A stretch of 64,000 bases of DNA, taken from Selaginella moellendorffii (Eukaryota; Plantae; Lycopodiophyta). Below are positions 60,701-64,000 of the stretch, piece after piece; within the stretch, counting starts at the first letter, position 1, and each line of letters begins with the position of its first letter. The notes under the pieces were generated by a model that was not told the origin of the DNA, searched no databases, and saw nothing but the letters and a program-made list of their open reading frames with translations. The stretch lies in contig NW_003314268.1 in the NCBI RefSeq assembly GCF_000143415.4, forward strand, positions 139,117-203,116. The letters are read 5' to 3'. The translations under genes were made by a program, and so were the position numbers.

Positions 60701-63700
60701 TCATGAAAGGAGCTTTTTCAAATAAGCGATGGCGGCGTTAGCTGCCGAGTCTTTGGCCCGCTTCATGTCTCGCTGGGGCTCTCCATAAAATGTCACGGGT
60801 CCATCGATTGGAAGACTGATTGTCACAGCCAAAGCAAAGCTACAAGATGGAAAAACAAAACAACAATCAGCAGGATTAGGAGTTTCATTCTTTTCTTTTC
60901 TTACTGTTTCATGTGAGGAGGACCACTCTCCTCGCAAATAATGTACTCGGGATCCGACCACCGTCTCTTTTGGCAGAGAATTTGAAGCTCTGCTCGTGGA
61001 GCTCCAACAACAAAAGAATCACTGCCACCACCTTCTGGAAAGAAAACACAAATCGTAAGGATAGAAACATGAAATAGCTTTTACCGTGTCTAGGAGGAAC
61101 AGTAGACGAAGCTGTAGCACTGCAAAGCTTCTCGAGGAGATCATCGTCGAGACCAAACTCTTCCGCAAGTGATGGTGCTAGAACATCTGACTCGTGTTCA
61201 GTGTCGACAAGTTCTAAATCGGAAGGCAAGTCATGGTCTGGAGCAAGACTTTCCTGCCGAGATAGATCTGATTCTGCAGAAGAACTCGAGCTCGACATTG
61301 GTGGTACGAAGGATGCAAGCTCCGATTCCATGCACTGTGTAACGACGGGGACACTGAAGTTCAAACCGTTGTTTATGATGACCTTTGAGGCCTCTATGTG
61401 TGTCTCGGCCCGAATAGCATGAAGGAGTTCGTGCCGTGGGTGTTGAAATCCCAAAGCCTGAATATAAACGAAAAACTGTAACGTTTTCGGAGCATAACTT
61501 GTTATTACCTTCAGTTTTCCCAAGGCATCGGCAGAAGACTGCTTCTTGAGAAGCTTTTTGTTTGCTCCTCCGGAGCCTTGTCCTGTGACTAAGCCTCCGT
61601 CTGCCAATGTCACCGAGCAAGTTCCAACGTTGTAGCTTGGAGCTGAAATTTCTTTCAGCTGGCATAGCTCCTGAAGCTCTCGGACTGGGTGAAGTGCCAA
61701 GCTCTCGGGACTGGCAATCGGGCGCAGAAGGGGCTCCAATACGCTCCACACTAGTTCCAGATTACCACCCGTATCAAATAACAAAGCTCCCGCGAGAGAT
61801 TCCACTAAATCACTGAGACACTGCAAAAGACAAAGAGACAAGCGTCAAGAGGAGGACAAACTTTTAAAGCTCAGAGAGTGACCTTTGGCGGTTGCTCAAG
61901 CTGCCAATCCTCGAAACAGTGCACATTTTTGTTCAGAAGATACTCGTCAATCTCTTTAAGCTTGTGACGCAGATACTTGTGAAAGTTGTGGCGCACAGCA
62001 ACGAAAGCGAACCAAACATTGTTCACTGTAGCAACCTTGAGATCACTGAGAAGTCCCGGTTGCAAGTTGGGATAGCTCGCATAAAGATGAAGAACAATGA
62101 GGTAATCGAGGACAGCATCGCCTAAATACTCCAGCCGCTGACAACTAACCAGTGTTAGTCCAGCTCCAAAAGTTACTTGTTTACCTGATACGATCGAACG
62201 CTGGAAGAAGCATGAGTGAACGCTTCAACAAGGAAGCATTTGTTTCGAAAGGTATAGCCGATTATCTTTTCCAGATTGCAGATATCGTCAACTTCAGAAG
62301 CTTGGCATGAGAACACAGGTACTAAACACCTGTCAACCAGCTTAAATCCTGCCCAGGTCATGAAGTGATAGGCAGCATCAGCGGAGTTGTCAGTAATGTA
62401 TGCACCGATGATGGCCTCCATTACATCTGCAACCGATTTTCTTCGCAGACAACGATGCCCTTTGTCACAGAACTTCCGTCCTAAAAGCTTTTCGTGACTG
62501 GCCAAAGAAGAGCAAGGGACCGGTGCAATCCAATCCTTTGGCTCAAACTGCCCGTCTCTGATGTACGTCTGTAAGTTCTGTTGAAGAGACTAGAAACATG
62601 TTATTGCATGCTTACCACCAATCCTCTTTGTACACCAAGCCTGTGCAAATTGCTGTTAGAGATCTGCTCTTCACGCCTTTGACTAAGAAAGCCTTCTTGT
62701 TCTTCCGGATATTCAGACACCAAGTGCAAGCTCAGTGCAAATTTGAGGAATGAATCGCCTAAAAACTCGAGTCTCTCGAGAGAAAAGCCTTCGTTACAGC
62801 TTGCAGAAGTCAGTGCCATCAACATCTGCAGGGAAAAAAGAAAAATGAAAACAATAAAAATATGAACGCGAACAGCATTTTACCATGGTTGTAGTCATGT
62901 GAATGCCCACGAGTTTCGTCAGCTGTGCAGCAGAACTTAGACATTCTAGCCGGTAGATAACGGAAGGAAGCACCATTACGGACGCCACAACGGAGTAGTC
63001 AAGTTCTGGTTCTAAGAGAATGCAAAGCTCGGGCGGCAGCTCAATAGTCGATTTCCTATGCGACGTGCCAGGCATGTCTGTTGAACGTGGCAGTAAATAG
63101 TTTTGCACATCGCCAAGCATCTTCACTTTCAGAAGGGGTTGGGCTGGATATTGCAGTTTCATATTATGCCTGTAAGTCGCTCCTCACAATCAGAAACGAA
63201 GAAGGAACTCACAAATCTTACCTTTTCAAGAAGTAGTCGGAATAAGTAATATATTTGGGATTGGAAAACGGGCTTTGCGCGGTTGTGTCCTTAAGAACAC
63301 CCAAAAGAGAATAAAAAACTGGTTCATTGGTATGCTTTGTAAGAATCAGTCCTCCTTTGATATCTGTAGCTCGAAGCGAATAGTTTGCAAAATGTAAAAC
63401 ACTTTTGTCATCGTTGTCTGAGACAATTGATGGAGGTGTGAGAGACTGAACGCATTTCCAGTCTACATCTATCTTGCCAGGAAGCAGTGGCAGAAGTAAG
63501 TATTGCTGGAGATGGATTGGAGGTAGTCGTCGTTGCCATAGGATAGGAAAAACTATTTCGTAGAACCGATTTACGGCAGCAATCTTGAAAATCGGAGCAT
63601 AAGTCAAAACATAATACACAAAAGCGACAAAACTTACCTTGTCACTGTCTAAGATGATATTTTGCACGGAGCCTAGCTGAACCACAACATTTCTTCCACG

Positions 63701-64000
63701 TCCCAGATTCAGTTCGAAGCGTTCAACTTCGACGCTGGCATCCAGCTTTGATGACAAGAACAGTGCGAAATTACGATAGGATAAGCTGTCGTCACTGGAG
63801 CTAAAGGAAAGCACGTAGGTGTGGAAGGTCAGATTTTCAGAAAACACACCCAACTTTCCTTGTAAAATATCAGGTATGATCGTCTCGTACATATCCATGT
63901 CATCTGAATGTGATATAACGTGATTACATTAAGAAAATGATAGGAGATTGAACACACCTGAGGTAATTGAGACACTTTTGGAGATATTAGCAGCCCGAAC
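60701..64000 (-). CDS. Dicer-like protein copy 2 (PAZ, RNase IIIa/b, two dsRBDs); 5' part beyond the window
   Basis: Same signature motifs as copy 1; intact dsRBD1 start HPVRELQELCQ; ends AAIAYLKKLLS*. Confidence 0.88.

Overview
Eukaryotic plant genomic DNA. The very short GT-AG introns, tiny intergenic spaces, PLS-type PPR fragments and a PROT-aRH-RT-RH-INT retroelement suggest a lycophyte such as Selaginella (inference). Left half (1-~35 kb) is a nested transposon block. A decayed + strand Ty3/Gypsy element carries Cassandra-type 5S-containing TRIMs and is interrupted (4-bp TSD ATGG) by a ~19-kb LTR-bounded insertion at 11526-30457. That insertion holds a Tat-like element whose archaeal-type RNase H is split by a ~10.8-kb cargo block at 15362-26180. 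The cargo consists of gene fragments plus one intact, intronless, bacterial-style secreted M12 metallopeptidase-Big_9-2xLamG gene, a horizontal-transfer candidate and the most unusual item in the window. Right half (35-64 kb) is a very compact gene-rich region: KIN17, DUF707, secreted LRR protein, LanC-like, twin-CX9C protein, GAR1, UBC33/34-like E2, NEP1/EMG1, a plastid protein, a LisH protein and a NOP2/Sun RNA methyltransferase. It ends in a tandem segmental duplication giving two divergent Dicer-like copies, the first apparently lacking the helicase.
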